Positions 41,599-55,901 of a stretch of DNA of 64,000 nucleotides are shown here, in pieces. The notes beneath the pieces were generated by a model that searched no databases, was not told where the DNA came from, and saw only the letters and a program-made list of their open reading frames with translations. Positions within the stretch are counted from its first letter, which is position 1. Each line of letters begins with the position of its first letter. This stretch comes from Octopus vulgaris (taxonomy: Eukaryota): the NCBI GenBank assembly GCA_951406725.2, contig OX597820.1, positions 47,988,001-48,052,000 on the forward strand, written 5' to 3'. Made by a program: the position numbers and the translations under genes.

Positions 41599-41669
41599 TC
41601 TAGTTGCTAGTTCGTTCGAATCCATCATTCTTCTTGAGACTTCGTTTTGTTAATCTCGACTGATGCTGA

Positions 41670-42000
41670 TTAATATTCATGGAAGCAATAATTATGTCTC
41701 CATGCATCCAGTTCACTCTGACAGTTCAAATTTGGCCTCTGATTCTTAATAAAATGGTTTTCTATTAATCTGAGTTTGACTACATACACCCACCTCGCTA
41801 GCGTGGTGCAAAATTCTCCTTTGGAATGTTGGCGGTGCTTGAATACTGTGCTGGATGGTGTGGCTGTGAAGAAGTGTTTCTTCACTCTGTTGTGAAGTTG
41901 TTTTCTAGGAGATTCGATGTACTTAGCTTTACAAGAATAAGATAGTTGGTAGGAAGCGTTTGATTTCAAACACTGCTAGACGTTTTCCGTTGGTTAAATC
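41670..42000 (-). mobile_element. Penelope-like GIY-YIG endonuclease remnant
   Basis: SNASYQLSYSCKAKYIES..KQLHNRVKKH...VFKH...KLRLIENHFIKNQRPNLN matches the GIY-YIG layout. Confidence 0.7.
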
Positions 42001-42346
42001 TTTCTAATCGTGCAGAGGTGTAGGGAACAAAAATTTCGTGTGTTATTGCTGATAATATGGTTGTTGTAATTGTTGCTGCTTTTGTTGCAGCTACTGAGAG
42101 GTGGTTTCTGAGCGTCTGGCCCCGTTTCGTGATTCAAATAGGGTTGTCAGGTCTGGTGCTGTTTTTTTCAACTTAATTGCGATCGTTTCTCTGTAATAGA
42201 GTAGATTCAAGTATACTAAATGTTCATTTGATTCTTTTCTCTCCATTTCTTTCCGTCTTCATTGTTACTTCTGTTGCCATTGATGTTGTAGGCACACACG
42301 CACGCACGCACACACGCTCATAGATTGCGCCACTGAGTCTAACAAA

Positions 42347-42516
42347 CTAGAAATGGCGAGTTTAAATTCCTGTTCGAAATATGTAATTTTCAAAGTGATA
42401 CATAATCACTGATCTTATAAAGAGAAGAATTATTATTACTATTTATGAGATCAGTGTTTGTATGTCACTTTGAAAAGTATATACTTTGAACAGGAATTTA
42501 GTGACGCCATCTCTAG
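42347..42516. repeat. Foldback hairpin with ~75-bp arms and ~20-nt spacer
   Basis: CTAGAAATGGCG..AAATTCCTGTTC..TTTTCAAAGTGA..CACTGATCTTATAAA mirrored by TTTATGAGATCAGTG..TCACTTTGAAAA..GAACAGGAATTT..CGCCATCTCTAG. Confidence 0.85.
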
Positions 42517-42774
42517 CCGAGCAGTTATTTTGTGCTGATGAAGAGAAAAATCCCGAAACCATTGGTACACAGATATTGGTCTGAGGTGAGTGGGGACACT
42601 GAGCTCCCTTGATCGAAAATATAAGGACGCAGATAGTTCATCAATATCCAATAGAAAACGATGTTTTCTGGGGCTAAATAACGGTAACATTCGTCATAAT
42701 CAGGACTGCCACATTATGTTGGCAAATAATCTTTACTCTCTCTCTCACTCTTTCTCTCTGTATATATATGTATA

Positions 42775-42957
42775 TTCTTTTGTCTTTTTATTTGTTTCAG
42801 TTATTTAACTGCGGCCATGTGGAGCACTGCCTTTAGTCAAGCAAATCAACCCCAGGATTTATTCTTTGTAATCCTAGTACTTATTCTATCGGTCTGTTTT
42901 GCCGAACCGGTAAGTAAACACATCAACATCGGTTGTCAAGCGATGTTGGGGGGACAA

Positions 42958-42992
<35 letters not shown>

Positions 42993-43115
42993 CGACGGGC
43001 TTCTTTCAGTCTCCGTCTATCAAATCCACTCACAAGGCTTTAGTCGGGCCAAGGCTATAGTAGATGACACTTGCCAAAGGTGTCACGCAGTGGAACTGAA
43101 CCATGTGGTTGGTAA
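42775..43115 (-). mobile_element. SINE family B (head truncated next to the Penelope element)
   Basis: Family blocks in order. Confidence 0.88.
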
Positions 43116-43126
43116 TCAAGGAGAAT

Positions 43127-45820
43127 GTAGAAAAGTAATACGCGTGTTGATATGTATAAGGAAAATAGGAGAAGGTAGAAAATGCTAAAATAAGTTTAGC
43201 ATGAAGTACATGTTAGTGCCCGTTTCCGTCTTTTAGACAGTTTGAACTAAGAGAAAAATAAGAAAAACAATTAAAGAAGAGAAAATAAATGAAATGAAAT
43301 GTTTTGTAAATATTTCCATAGTCCTCAAGTAGTGTGTCTCTCTCTCTCTCTCTCTCTCTTCCTTTGTGAATGTTTGGTCGGTAGGTATATAGCAAATCTG
43401 AAGAAATAGTTTTATGAATACAGGGAATTGATGGCTTAAAAAGGAGCAGCCGAGTGAGGAGAAGAAGATGGAGAAGAAGAAGAAGGAGGAGAAGAAGGAG
43501 GAGAAGAAGGAGGAGAAGAAGGAGAAGAAGAAGAAGGAGGAGAAGAAGGAGGAGAAGATGAAGAAGGAAGAGAAGTGGGAGTAGTGAAAGAAGAGGAAGG
43601 AGCAGAAAGAAAAGAAAAAATACAGGAGTGGTGTTACACAGTAGATTCTTCATGGAATCTTTTTTAATGGTAAAATTACCTAAAAGTGACCTGGTGTGGT
43701 CGTAGCCGTAGTGGTTGGAATTGTCCTAACTTTTTGTAGTAGTTTCATCTGTGGCGGAAGCATTCAAAAGATGATTACATTTTGCGATAAAATATGCTTC
43801 ATTGCTAATGCGCTTATTATAGGTTGCATTGCCCCTGAATTTATAGAGGGGAAAAATTCTGAACTCGGGTTCTTCGTTTGTAGCGCAAATATCGATGTGC
43901 TCGCTCAATCCTATTCTTTTGTATTCCCATATTTTAATCTGGAATCTATGTACCTTCATCCTCTGGCGTAGACTATTTTTAGTTTGACCAATATATTGTT
44001 CTCGACACCCTGAGCAAGTTAATACAAATATTAGATTTTCCGAATCAAATGTGAAGTAGTTTTTCATTGTAAAACTTGACCCTGTTTGCAGGAGAATTCC
44101 GATCCCTCATTTAGGTTGACACATATACCACAGTTAGGTCTTCCGCATTTTTTACTGTTGCTCAATGCCATTGACGTGTGTTCTTGGGCCTGTGGTAGAA
44201 TACTTTCATTGACTTGGGTTGTCTTTTACTCTTTACGTTCTGGTGTACGTTCTGAGGATTTGATCAACTCTAGGGTCCCTGTTTAGTAAAGGGATGTTCT
44301 GGAGGATGGTGTCGAAGTCCTCATTGTTTATGGGATTGTGTTGGATATGTATGGTAGGGCTTTTGGTTGTAAATTCCTCTTTAGTTTGGGGTGTCTGAGT
44401 TCGTGGATGAGTTGTAGGGCATGTTGAAAGGCTATATCAGTTAGTGATGGTGGGGTAGTTCCTGCTGATGAATGTATCCTTTTGTCCTTGTCGTGTGTCC
44501 CTAGTTCTTGTGTCATATAGTATAGTGCAAATTATTTTTGCCAGGTAGTAAGAGATATTCATTCTAGTGTGTCTGGAGTGGCATGTGTTGAATGGCAGGT
44601 ATTGCTTGGAGTCCGTGGGCTTATAATATATATCTGTTTCTATTTTGCTGTTGGATTTTCTTAATGAGGATTGCGGGGAATGGAAGTTGTTGATGGCTAT
44701 ATTCCAGTCTAAATTTAATGTTTATGTCAGCTACATTTATAAGTACTTGAAATTCTTTAAGTCTCTCTATACTTTCGTGCCAAAGAGTAAAACGTCATCT
44801 AGAAATCTTTTCCAGTTATTTTCTTTGTACAGGGAGAATGGGTTTCCATATTTTCCTAGTACTATACGATAAAGATTGATTTCTAGGTACTCCATGACTA
44901 GGTTACCAAAATAAGGGGCCATTCGCGTGCTCATCACAGTCCCTGATCTGTCGATTGAAGTTGTCATTAAATACGAAGGAGTTATTCTCCAAGACGAATT
45001 TTAGCCCTTCTATTACGAATTTTATTTCGATGCTCTGTGTGAGTTCATTGCAGAATAGAGGTTGACTACATCAAAAGATACTAGTATGTTGTTTTTATCT
45101 ATTGTTTCAGGGAGGTGATTGAGCATATCTAGGTCGTCTCTTATGTAACTTTTGATATGCTTCAGGAATAGTTTTAAGAGGATGTCTAAAATGTTACTGA
45201 GGCGGTGAAATTCGCATGCGGAGCCTGCTATTATGGGTCTTAATTCGAGGTCATTAAGAGTAGGTACCTTGACTGTTATATCTGTGGCTCCGCTGCAGGC
45301 GTCACTTATTTTTTCCCTTTAGTGTATCTTAAGAATACCGTAGATTTTGACTGGATTTATTATTAAAGTTAGTCATATAATCGTATTTCTTGTCGGTGAG
45401 ACCTTTTCCGTATAGGTCTAACATTGTTATTAGGCTTATTATTTTCTGTTGACTGTAGTGTTGTACCTTTTCATAATATGTTGTGCCTTCTAAAATAGAT
45501 AGTACTAGGGCTAAATAATATACCGTGTACATTAAGACTACTGCACTCCCTTTACCAGCCTTTTCGATTGGTATTGTTTTATTATGCTTTAATCTGTTCA
45601 GCTCAGCCCATTAATTTTTGCTGAAGTTTGACTTGTGTTTTTGTTTGTGTATATGCTGATATGGATAATTCGTGATGTGTTCACAGAAATGTATCTCGTG
45701 TGGGAGTATGATATATAGAAGGTAGAAAAGTAACACACGAGTCGATATGTATAAGGAAAATAAGACAAGGTAGAAAATGCTAAAATAAGTTTATCAGGAA
45801 GTATATTTTAGTACCGGTTC
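43127..45820 (-). mobile_element. Decayed Penelope-like element, Neptune-type (RT, Cys-rich linker, GIY-YIG), with ~95-bp terminal direct repeats
   Basis: LELRPIIAG, LVSFDVVNLYS, SGTVMSTRMAPYFGNL, WKRFLDDV, KCGRPNCGICV, NLIFVLTCSGCREQYIGQT..LRQRM..H; direct repeat 43127-43226 / 45722-45820. Confidence 0.9.
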
Positions 45821-46020
45821 TCTAATATGGGGCATTTTTTCAATAAGGGAGTTTAATATCACTGCCCGCATTTGCGCGTCCAGTTTTTTTTTTTTTTTGA
45901 AAACACCTATATCCACTTTGTTTAAGTCTCTGAGATTCTTTGAGAGCATATTAAAAAGCTGTGGGCCCTTGTCATTTCTGTAGCTTTCAATGCCAAAATA
46001 GTTTGGTACAATCCTCTCTA
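45821..46020 (-). mobile_element. CR1/L2-group LINE 3' fragment
   Basis: KGPQLFNMLSKNLRDL...VFKK..LD, typical C-terminal motif. Confidence 0.6.
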
Positions 46021-47117
46021 GGATCTTGCAGATGTATATTACTGCATATCTCTCCCGCCTATATATGAATACATACGTGTGCTCGCGCACACATGCACGA
46101 ACACTATATGCATGCAAATGTGTTTACGCGTGTGTGGTGCACGTATTTTGGATATGTGTCTGTATTTGTTTCGTAAATTTTGACGACACTCCGAAACTTT
46201 ATAGAAATGATATAACATGTATGTAACTGTACATGTATGTTTTAATTCCCCAAAATGGCTCTTCCACGACATGGTTGTTCAGAACACAATCTCAGATCCA
46301 AAGACAATCTCAAATTAAGTCACTAACCAAGCGAGTGCGACACCGATATCTCAAACGGAATCTATACAAATTGGAATCAATTACCGAGGAAATTTCTTCT
46401 ATCAAGCAAAGAAAGGCAATTGATTTGAAATGTGTGCGTTCGTCCATGCAGGGAATATACTCAAATAAGGTATTCATGGAGATAGAAATAATATTAAATT
46501 TGAAACGGTTTTCTCACGTTCTAAGTTACAAGTACAATCGTTGGCCAACAGAAGTATAAGAATTATAAATATCGTCAAGTAAGATTTGAAACGAAAACCT
46601 CAGTCACCCTAGGTCTAAATGCTTCGGCGTCAGTAAGTTGGTTATGACCGGATATATCAATATGGCCGGATATTATGACCGGACGTACGAAGTATAACAT
46701 GATATAAACAGATGTACAATGTGCAGTTACATCGGCTCAGTGTATACGTGTTAAATGCAGAGTGATTGAGAAACAGCGAGCTTATGTAGTAGGCAGGTTT
46801 AGGTCTAGAGACAACCTGTCTGAATACTCATCTAATAGAGTTAATGAAGCTTGACAGACAATGGTGTAGGTGTTGAAATTGTATGAAGTAGTATTGTGTT
46901 ATAGATGGCAGGTGATAGAGGGAATGTACTTCAGAGCAAGGTTTATGTAAATATATATGTAATTTATCTGTGTCCAAAGGCAATAAAGCTAACACTCACT
47001 AAGGCATGTAGAATTTATATTATATTAAATTATTGATAAAACATAAAATTCAAAAGAGAAAGTCAATGGTTGGCATGAAATAAACAAGTAGATTTCAATG
47101 ATCAATTCACACACACA

Positions 47118-47221
<104 letters not shown>

Positions 47222-47435
47222 TTCTCTCTCTCTCTCACTCTGTCACTCACTTACTCACTCGGTCATTCACACACTCTCTCTTCTTACTCGCTCACAGGCG
47301 CACGCACATATTCTAATGTTGTGTTGAATGAAACTTAAAGCTACGATTGACTGATTATTTAACAATTAATTTATATATATATAATAATAATTGATGAAGA
47401 AACCAGAAGATACATTTGGCAAAAGTCTTTATTCC

Positions 47436-47540
47436 GTACGACGATCGTTTCGACTCATCTTGCTACCGTCCGTTACCGGTAGGCTTTTGTGCATCTAACT
47501 GTGATGCATCAATCTATGCAGTTTGTGTCACATCAGGTAT
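47436..47540 (-). ncRNA. Hammerhead motif with branched stem II (A9 mutated)
   Basis: UAC-CUGAUG(U)-GAC...[hairpins UGCAUC/GAUGCA and CUACCG/CGGUAG]...GUC-GAAA-CGAUCG-UC-GUA; palindromic ACGAUCGU and GUC. Confidence 0.6.
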
Positions 47541-47675
47541 ATACATTAATAAAGAGGATATCCCGTTAGATAAATTGAGATGTCCTAGGCATGTTTGTAC
47601 CTGCTGTATCTTGGTTATGACCGGCTAGTGATGTCCGTACTTTGTCACACGTGTGTGTCTGTACCTGAGTATGTC

Positions 47676-47809
<134 letters not shown>

Positions 47810-47856
47810 GTATCTGTGTATGTGCGTCTGTCTGTCTGCACACATACAAAGTGCAC

Positions 47857-47905
<49 letters not shown>

Positions 47906-48049
47906 TGTATTTAATTATATGTATACATGCGTGTATGCGTGTGTATGTGCGCTTGTGCTCGTGTGAGTGGATGTGTATGTGTATGTGTGCGTGTGTATAC
48001 ATACATATATATATATATATGCGCGTGTGTGTATATACACACATACATA

Positions 48050-48245
48050 TTCTTTTATCATTTTTATTCATTTACGTGTTTCAGTCATTTGACTGCAGCC
48101 ATGCTGGAGCACCACCTTTAGTCGAGCAAATCGAACCCGGGAGTTATTCTGTGTAAGCCTAGTACTTATTCCATTGGTCACTTTTGTCTAACCGCAAGAT
48201 TACGGGGAAACAACAATATCGGTTGGGGAACAAACACAGACGCAC
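48050..48245 (-). mobile_element. SINE family B, 3' half
   Basis: GTTTCAGTCATTTGACTGCAGCCATGCTGGAGCACC... Confidence 0.85.
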
Positions 48246-48279
48246 ACATACATACATACATAGATACATACATACATAA

Positions 48280-48383
48280 GCGAAGTCGACCCCAGTAGCG
48301 TTTGAACTCAGAACGTAAAGGCAGACGAAATGCCGCTAAGAATTTTGCCCGGTGTGATAACGATCCTGTCTGCTCGGCGCCTT
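48280..48383 (-). mobile_element. SINE family C, 5' fragment
   Basis: AAGTCGACC..TTTGAACTCAGAACGTAAAG..GACGAAATGCCGCTAAG. Confidence 0.75.
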
Positions 48384-48939
48384 GGTTCCAAAATCTCCTA
48401 TATGTAGATATGGGGACCTATCGTGAAAACTCGATTAACATTCACTGTCTGTGTATTCAAACAAAAATATGTTCCGGCAAAATAACATTGCTTTTACTTT
48501 TGTTTGTACTCCGACCGCACTGGGAAAATAATTTTCTTTATATTTTCCTTCAGTTTAAAATATAAAACGCGAGCAGGAAGTTACCACAAATCAACACAAT
48601 GTGCATAAATCTGTTGTTATGATTATGACCGTGGTCATGATGATGATGCTGCTGCTACTGCCGTTGATGATGGTGATGGTGATCTTCATGGCTGTTGCAA
48701 TCTTGAATGATATAATCGTAGCGTTATTAATAGCGGGGGCAGAGGTGATAATACTACTATTAATGATATTCGTACTATTAACAATAATAATGATATTATT
48801 AATACTAATATTGTATTAAAACAATCATAATTAAAATTATTATTAATATGAAACAGGATTTTAGAATATTATTCTAAATGAGAGGGAGCATTCCTTAGAT
48901 ATAGAAATGGAAATGGAGAAACGGGAAGAAGTGGAAGAG

Positions 48940-49306
48940 AAGGAAGTGAATGAAGAAAGCAACAGCAACAGCAGCAGCAGCAGCAGTAGTGGTAGTAGTA
49001 GTATTAGTAATCGAAGAAGAAGAAAACGATGATGATGATGATGATGATGATGAGGATGAGGATGATGATGATAGTGATGTGGGTGATGAAGATGACGACG
49101 GCAGTGTTGGTAGTGATGGTGGTAACAACGATAAACAGAACTGAAGCAGTAGTACCCGAAGAAGACGGAAGAAGTACGTGACAGAGTTAAAGGAGGACAA
49201 AAGAAGAGAAAGCCGAAGACGTTGACAATGATGATGACGAAACTCATGAAGTATTCGATGAAGAAAGAATACAGAGAATGGGAAGGAGAAGGAGAAGAAA
49301 ACGAAA

Positions 49307-49339
<33 letters not shown>

Positions 49340-49416
49340 AAGAAGAAGAAGAAGAAGAAGAAGAAGAAGAAGAAAAAGAGAGAAAGTAGATGATGATGAT
49401 TAAGAAGACGGAGAAT

Positions 49417-49449
<33 letters not shown>

Positions 49450-49750
49450 AAAAAGAGGAAGAAGGAGAAGAAGAAGACAATGATGATGTTGATGATGAAG
49501 AAGAAGAAAGAAGAAAAAGAAGAAGAAGAAGGAGATGTAGATAGATGATGAAAGTAGAAGAAGAAGAAGAGGAAGAAGAATAAGGAGATGTAGATAGATG
49601 ATGAAAGTAGAAGAAGAGGAAGAAGAAGAAGAAGAAGGAGAAGAGGAAGAAGAAGTAGAAGAAGAAGAAAGAGAAGAAGAAGAAGAAGAAGAAGAAGGAG
49701 AAGGAGAAGGAGGAGAAGAAGAAGAAGAAGAAGAAGAAGAAGAAGAAGAA
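48940..49750. repeat. Purine-rich low-complexity trinucleotide region (GAT/GAA/TAG)
   Basis: Direct reading. Confidence 0.9.
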
Positions 49751-50267
49751 ACGCAAAGACAGAAAGGAAAAATAAGCGTAAAATAAAAATAAAAATAAAA
49801 AAAAAATATTAGGAAAATGTAGAAGACACGAAAACAGAAGACGAAAATTGTGGTTAGAAATATAATACAAACGCAAGGAATGGTCTCGAGTGTTTACTGG
49901 AAGTAAGAAGCTTACCGAATAATTTCTGGTAGTTAGAAATATCAAATTTCAGAAAATCTGCAGGGAGGCCATAGAATGGATATTAGATATTTTAAATGGA
50001 AAAATTTAATAGTCCCAAGAAAATCTTGTATATACACTGTGTATACTTTTGTGTACAGATATTATTATATACACTGCCTGACTAAACGTTCAAACTCCCT
50101 AATAAGACAGACATATATATGCATACACAGATAGATTTATACATATTTTTACGTCAGTCTCTTCATGTGTACATTATATATATATGTTCGTATGTGAGTC
50201 TGTATGTGTATATATAAATGTAAACAACAAAAACAAATATTGTTAAATATATTTGAATATATACATA

Positions 50268-50359
<92 letters not shown>

Positions 50360-50418
50360 CACATATATATATATATGTATGTGTGTGTGTATAGTCTACA
50401 CACTTGCATAAACAGACA

Positions 50419-50574
<156 letters not shown>

Positions 50575-50739
50575 TGCATACACATAAATACAAATAGTTT
50601 TTAGAAAGGAAAGAAAGAAACTATTTAACACATCTATTTATATTTGAGAGTGCTTATAACAGGTTGTTGAAGACGTACATGTATATAAGATATAAAATGC
50701 ATGTATACAAATAGGCACATATATGAGGAAAGGGGGTGC

Positions 50740-51135
50740 GATCAGCCCTACAATCTGAAGCGTCCCAAGCAGAGAGCCTTCTCTAGGATCGATGTGAAAA
50801 GGTATGGCAGTCAAGGCTTTTCCCATTTTAGGTTGGCTAAATGGGGGATTCCTAGTTCAGTCGATATGGAGGATGTTTAACGGTGTTAGAATGAGAGAAA
50901 ACAAGCTAGAGTGGATATGCGCAAAATTGGAGTAACGGCAGAAAGAGCTTCTTGTTGGTTATGAAGCGGGAGAGAGGAGTTAAGCTGGAAACAAGGAGGA
51001 GATGATGAGCAGTGATTTGGCCACCTCTGCGGATCCACCAACGGAAGGGAGTTATGGTTCAGGGTAGAAACATCCGATGCTCGTCGGATACCGTCTGATG
51101 ATATCAATTCCTCCAAAGACAAAGCTCTATTCACT
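50740..51135 (-). mobile_element. Possible old CR1/L2-group LINE 3' remnant
   Basis: Weak frameshifted similarity to post-RT motifs (RR..DV..Y; LP..F). Confidence 0.25.
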
Positions 51136-51398
51136 TTGATGAGTGGAAAAGAAATGTCGACCGATGAAAATAAGTGCTGTACACCGCATTGGCTGACATA
51201 ATATTTTTATTTGTGACTTAAGGCTATCTTTAGTTTCATCCTGAGAAAAGTAAGAAAATATACTAGTGTTTTAAGTTTCATGCCGATCACATGGAGATAA
51301 GTGTTCGCCTACAATTTCTAAATCACAGCCTCGTTTAGTCCGCGGAGATTCTCGTGAATTCACGTGAAGTCATGTGAATAAAATAAGGGGAACAAAAC

Positions 51399-51451
<53 letters not shown>

Positions 51452-51557
51452 TATTTAGAAATGTAATATTTCTATTTTTGTAATCAGCGGATTCATTTCA
51501 CTAAAATTCTTATATGTTTACAAGGGCTAGTCAGGCTTCTCCAACCAGCAGGTCATG

Positions 51558-51609
51558 CTGCTCGAGTCTGATGACGAGCAAAGACTCAGAAACTAGTCTC
51601 TGGATGCAG
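51558..51609 (+). ncRNA. Type I hammerhead motif, degenerate stems
   Basis: CUGCUCGAGU-CUGAUGA-C-GAG-CAAAGA-CUC-A-GAAA-CUAG-UC-UCUGGAUGCAG; palindromic ACUAGU and GUC. Confidence 0.6.
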
Positions 51610-52592
51610 GCTTAGCTGGGTGTAGGTGCTTGTCTCCCCCTTGTAAACGTAAGGACACAGTAAATGTGTCAAGTCCGACAGGAAGCGTTGATGCTTCCTA
51701 GGGCTAAATAGCAGTGGTGTGATTCCCTTCATGGGACTGGAGCATTAAGTTGACAGTATATAACTACTCTTTCTCTCTCTCTCTGTATATATATATATAG
51801 TGTGTGTGTGTGAACTTTCCAAAGCTTTTTCCCGGATATCGGTGATCAAATGCTATCATACTATCATAGGAAAGGATTTCTGGTACTGGATATGCGTATG
51901 GAAATCCTTAAAGATATGTAGAGTATAAACAAATAATTTTTAATACGAAGACAGGGATCGAACTGGCTTTATTACAAATCACAACAATTGTTTTAATCCA
52001 TCATCATCAGCTCTTAATTGCTGAATGTTACCTAAAATTATAGGCAATACTGTATTAATATCATTGAACAATAACTGTTCATATGAATATCCTTGGGTGG
52101 TCAGACTCAAAGCACTGTTCAAGCCATTTTCTCGTATTAAAATTTGTATGTATATATATATGTGTGTGTGTGTATATATAAATATGTAACTCTCTCTCTC
52201 TATATATATATATATATACACACTCATATATATGTACATACACGTGGATTTGGTTGAAGCGTTAGAGTTTTAGATAAGAATATTTTGAAGCATTTATACC
52301 AGCAATTCAATTTCTAATCTCAAATCACGCTGAGGTCAAAATTGCCTTTCTATGGATGATGAATCACTGTAGATGTTAGAGCGTTTGACACAATTCTTTA
52401 TTCTATTTGTTCCGGTTCAAACTTCTGAGTGCCCAGGCAGGCGTGAATAACTTTTCTTTAATATGAATCTTGTAAAAATTATTAGAAACACGGAAGCAAA
52501 CATACCATATTCTTACATGGACTGTCTGTGAGAAGCACGCACCACACTTGCCAACGAATTGTGAAACGTTTTCCTCAACGTGTCTGTCGGTG

Positions 52593-52656
<64 letters not shown>

Positions 52657-52988
52657 TGCATGTGTGAATAAATTTAAACAAATGGAAAGGTCAACCGGTT
52701 GTCAAGATTTGACAAGGGCATTTAATTGAAATATATAATAAAAATCAAATTTCCTTTTCGAATCTTGACGGTCTGCATTTTCATTTCTATTTTAACCTAT
52801 ACCTATATGCTGAAGGAGAAGCCACTTCTAGCCGCTTCAGAAGAAAGTCAGTCTCAACATGACATGTTCAACTGCTGTTCAAACCGGACTTTAAGAGGCA
52901 TATCAAATTGAGTACTCATGGTGCATACCTATTAGTCTGAGTCACCCTAACGAAAACTACTCGTATACTTTATAAATGTATAAGGATA

Positions 52989-53145
<157 letters not shown>

Positions 53146-53320
53146 TATACATATATATGTATATATATATATATGTATATCTATCTATATATATATAAAT
53201 GTATATATATATATACATATACATATCGAGAAAAAGAAAAAAAGGATGAACGTGAGAGGGGGGACTAAAAGGTAGGGTAAGAGTCGTACAGAATTTAGAG
53301 ACATACCTACAATAATGTGA

Positions 53321-53363
<43 letters not shown>

Positions 53364-54075
53364 CACGTATATATATATATATACATATGTGTGTGTTTGC
53401 GTGTGTGTGTGTGTGTGCGCGCTCACGTGCACATGTGTGTTTATGTGTGTATGTATTATGTATAAAATACAATATAATGCAAATGTGAAATACACAATGT
53501 ATTTAGACACCACAAAATTACAAAAGCGAAACAAAATGTATTAGAGAAGACAGAACTGGTCCTCTTGTCCTGATCCTTTCAACAAATATTGGCGTCGAAA
53601 TGTAAGGGCGGTCTTCAGAGTACCACAAAAAATGAAAGACACCTGGGTACCAGGTGTTCATTTTAAACCGTCCATGTTAAACCGGTTGGCGAGTCGAAAT
53701 TAAATGCATCCATCTAATTACCAGGTGGTTGCTTTAAATTAGTTGGTGTATGAAATTAAACGTAACATTAAAAAATGGAAAAAAGCTCCATGATGTATTA
53801 TTGTGGCACCAGCGATGCTCAGATTTTCTGCCAAAGGAGCAAAATAGGGTACACGAGAGTGACCTATGGATGTACATTGACTGCCGCTGTTGGTGTGTTT
53901 ACGTCCTCGTAACATAGCAGTTCAGCAAAAGAAAATGAGATGACAAAGGAACACGCGATTATCTCATGAACTTACTGAGTAGCTCAGTAAATCCTTATTA
54001 CTTCATCGGAGCCTCGAATATGAAATACACCACCCCACACATATATGTATTTATATACGTATACTTATATGTACA

Positions 54076-54107
<32 letters not shown>

Positions 54108-54124
54108 AATGTACAACATATATA

Positions 54125-54541
54125 TCTTTTACTCTTTTACTCGTTTCAGTCATTTGACTGTGGCCATGTTGGAGCAATACCTTTCTAGTCGAGCAAATCG
54201 ACCCCAGGACTTATTCTTTGGAAGCTTGGTACTTATTCTATCGGTCTCTTTTGCCGAACCGCTAAGTTACGAGGACATAAGCACACCAGCATCAGTTGTC
54301 AATCGATGTTGGGGAGGGGAACAAACACACACACACAAACATATAAAGACCCATACACATATGTACTTACACATATACGACGGGCTTCTTTCAGTTTCCG
54401 TCTACTAAATCCACTCACAAGGCTTTGGTCGGCCCGAGGCTATAGTAGAAGACACTTGCCCAATTTGCCACGCAGTGGGACTGAACTCGGAACCATGTGG
54501 TTGATAAGCAAGCTACTTACCACTCAGCAACTCCAACGCCT
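54125..54541 (-). mobile_element. SINE family B, full length
   Basis: Complete family match. Confidence 0.9.
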
Positions 54542-54662
54542 ATGTATGTATATGTATATATATATAATGTATATGTATGTATATATATGTATATGTATAT
54601 ATGTATATATATATCTATATGTATGTATATATATATATATGTGATGTGTGTGTGTATGTATA

Positions 54663-54701
<39 letters not shown>

Positions 54702-55830
54702 GAGAGAGAGAGAGATAGAGAGCGATAGAGAAAAAGAGTGATGGGGTGAAGAGGACAAAAGAAAAATTCTGTGTCAAAGGTTGTTTATATTCTAAATTTT
54801 TATATGAGTAGAAAACTGTGTTTCAACACTATAAGTTGTGGTTGGTGGAGTCGGGTACGTTCGATAAAGAAACAGTTCTCATGAAAAACCAAAACTTGGC
54901 TTTTTCTATAGTTTTTGCAAGCGGAATTATTAATTCTAAATTGCTGCTTTATTTATTACTGATGAAACGTATCTATGTTAGCAAGATGTAAGTAAAGCAA
55001 CAACGATTTGGTACATACTGGCGCCGTGTAAACTACAGATACATAGACTCACTAAAAACGACCATTCAACTTAAATACATAAAATACACCCCAAACAGAA
55101 GTTATGCAGTAAAGGAGCTCACATACTCCCCCTCCACCACCCCGGATACAACACAGAGAATACACAATCAAATATACATCCATTGAGACTGACAAATACA
55201 TAACATCTAATCATACACGTATATATACAGAGAAAAAAGGATATATAGATATTGCACAAGCACACGCACGAACATACACACACTCACACACACACATATA
55301 CATACAGAGAGGAAATTGGAGGTGGGAGGAAGGAGAACAAAACAATAATAATAATAGTGAGAGAGAGAGGGAGGATGTGAGAGACACAGAAAGATGAGAG
55401 GAAAAATGTTGTGTCAAAGGTTAATTATATTTTAAATGATTTACATCATTCAAATGAAGTTCGCAGCTATTTACCAGTTATAGCTCCACGTTATTTCCCC
55501 GTTAAATGATTCACGTCATTCCTGTGGAGTTTAATGCTATTTCCCCGCCATAGATCTTTTACAAGATTGAGCTAACCTTGAACCATCAAACTACACAATC
55601 TTTTCTTTATATATACCAACACTACCACCACCACCACCACCACCACATACATTCCAATACATTCATTATCAAACATACCACGACTACATACAGATCAAAA
55701 TATAAACTCCACTTAAGCTATTATCTCCAGCGCCACATTCGATCTAAACAGAATAAATACCCGAAACGTACACCACTACACAACCACTACCACATCGTAT
55801 ACAACGTATCTCTATCTATCTATCTATCTT

Positions 55831-55900
<70 letters not shown>

Positions 55901-55901
<1 letters not shown>

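Noticed and set aside
49530-49620. 51-bp-period duplication GGAGATGTAGATAGATGATGAAAGTAGAAG
   Set aside because: Ordinary slippage within a low-complexity tract
52701-52769. Imperfect 27-bp inverted repeat
   Set aside because: Short and degenerate, no TSD; probably a MITE scrap, not enough support
53560-53635. CTGAT...GAAATGTA and minus-strand CTGAAGA as a hammerhead
   Set aside because: No consistent stem II or stem I closure on either strand
54958-54972. CTGATGAAACGTA, plus isolated CTGATGA at ~6608, 19160, 25479, 42535, 44465
   Set aside because: No stem II plus GAAA arrangement; expected by chance
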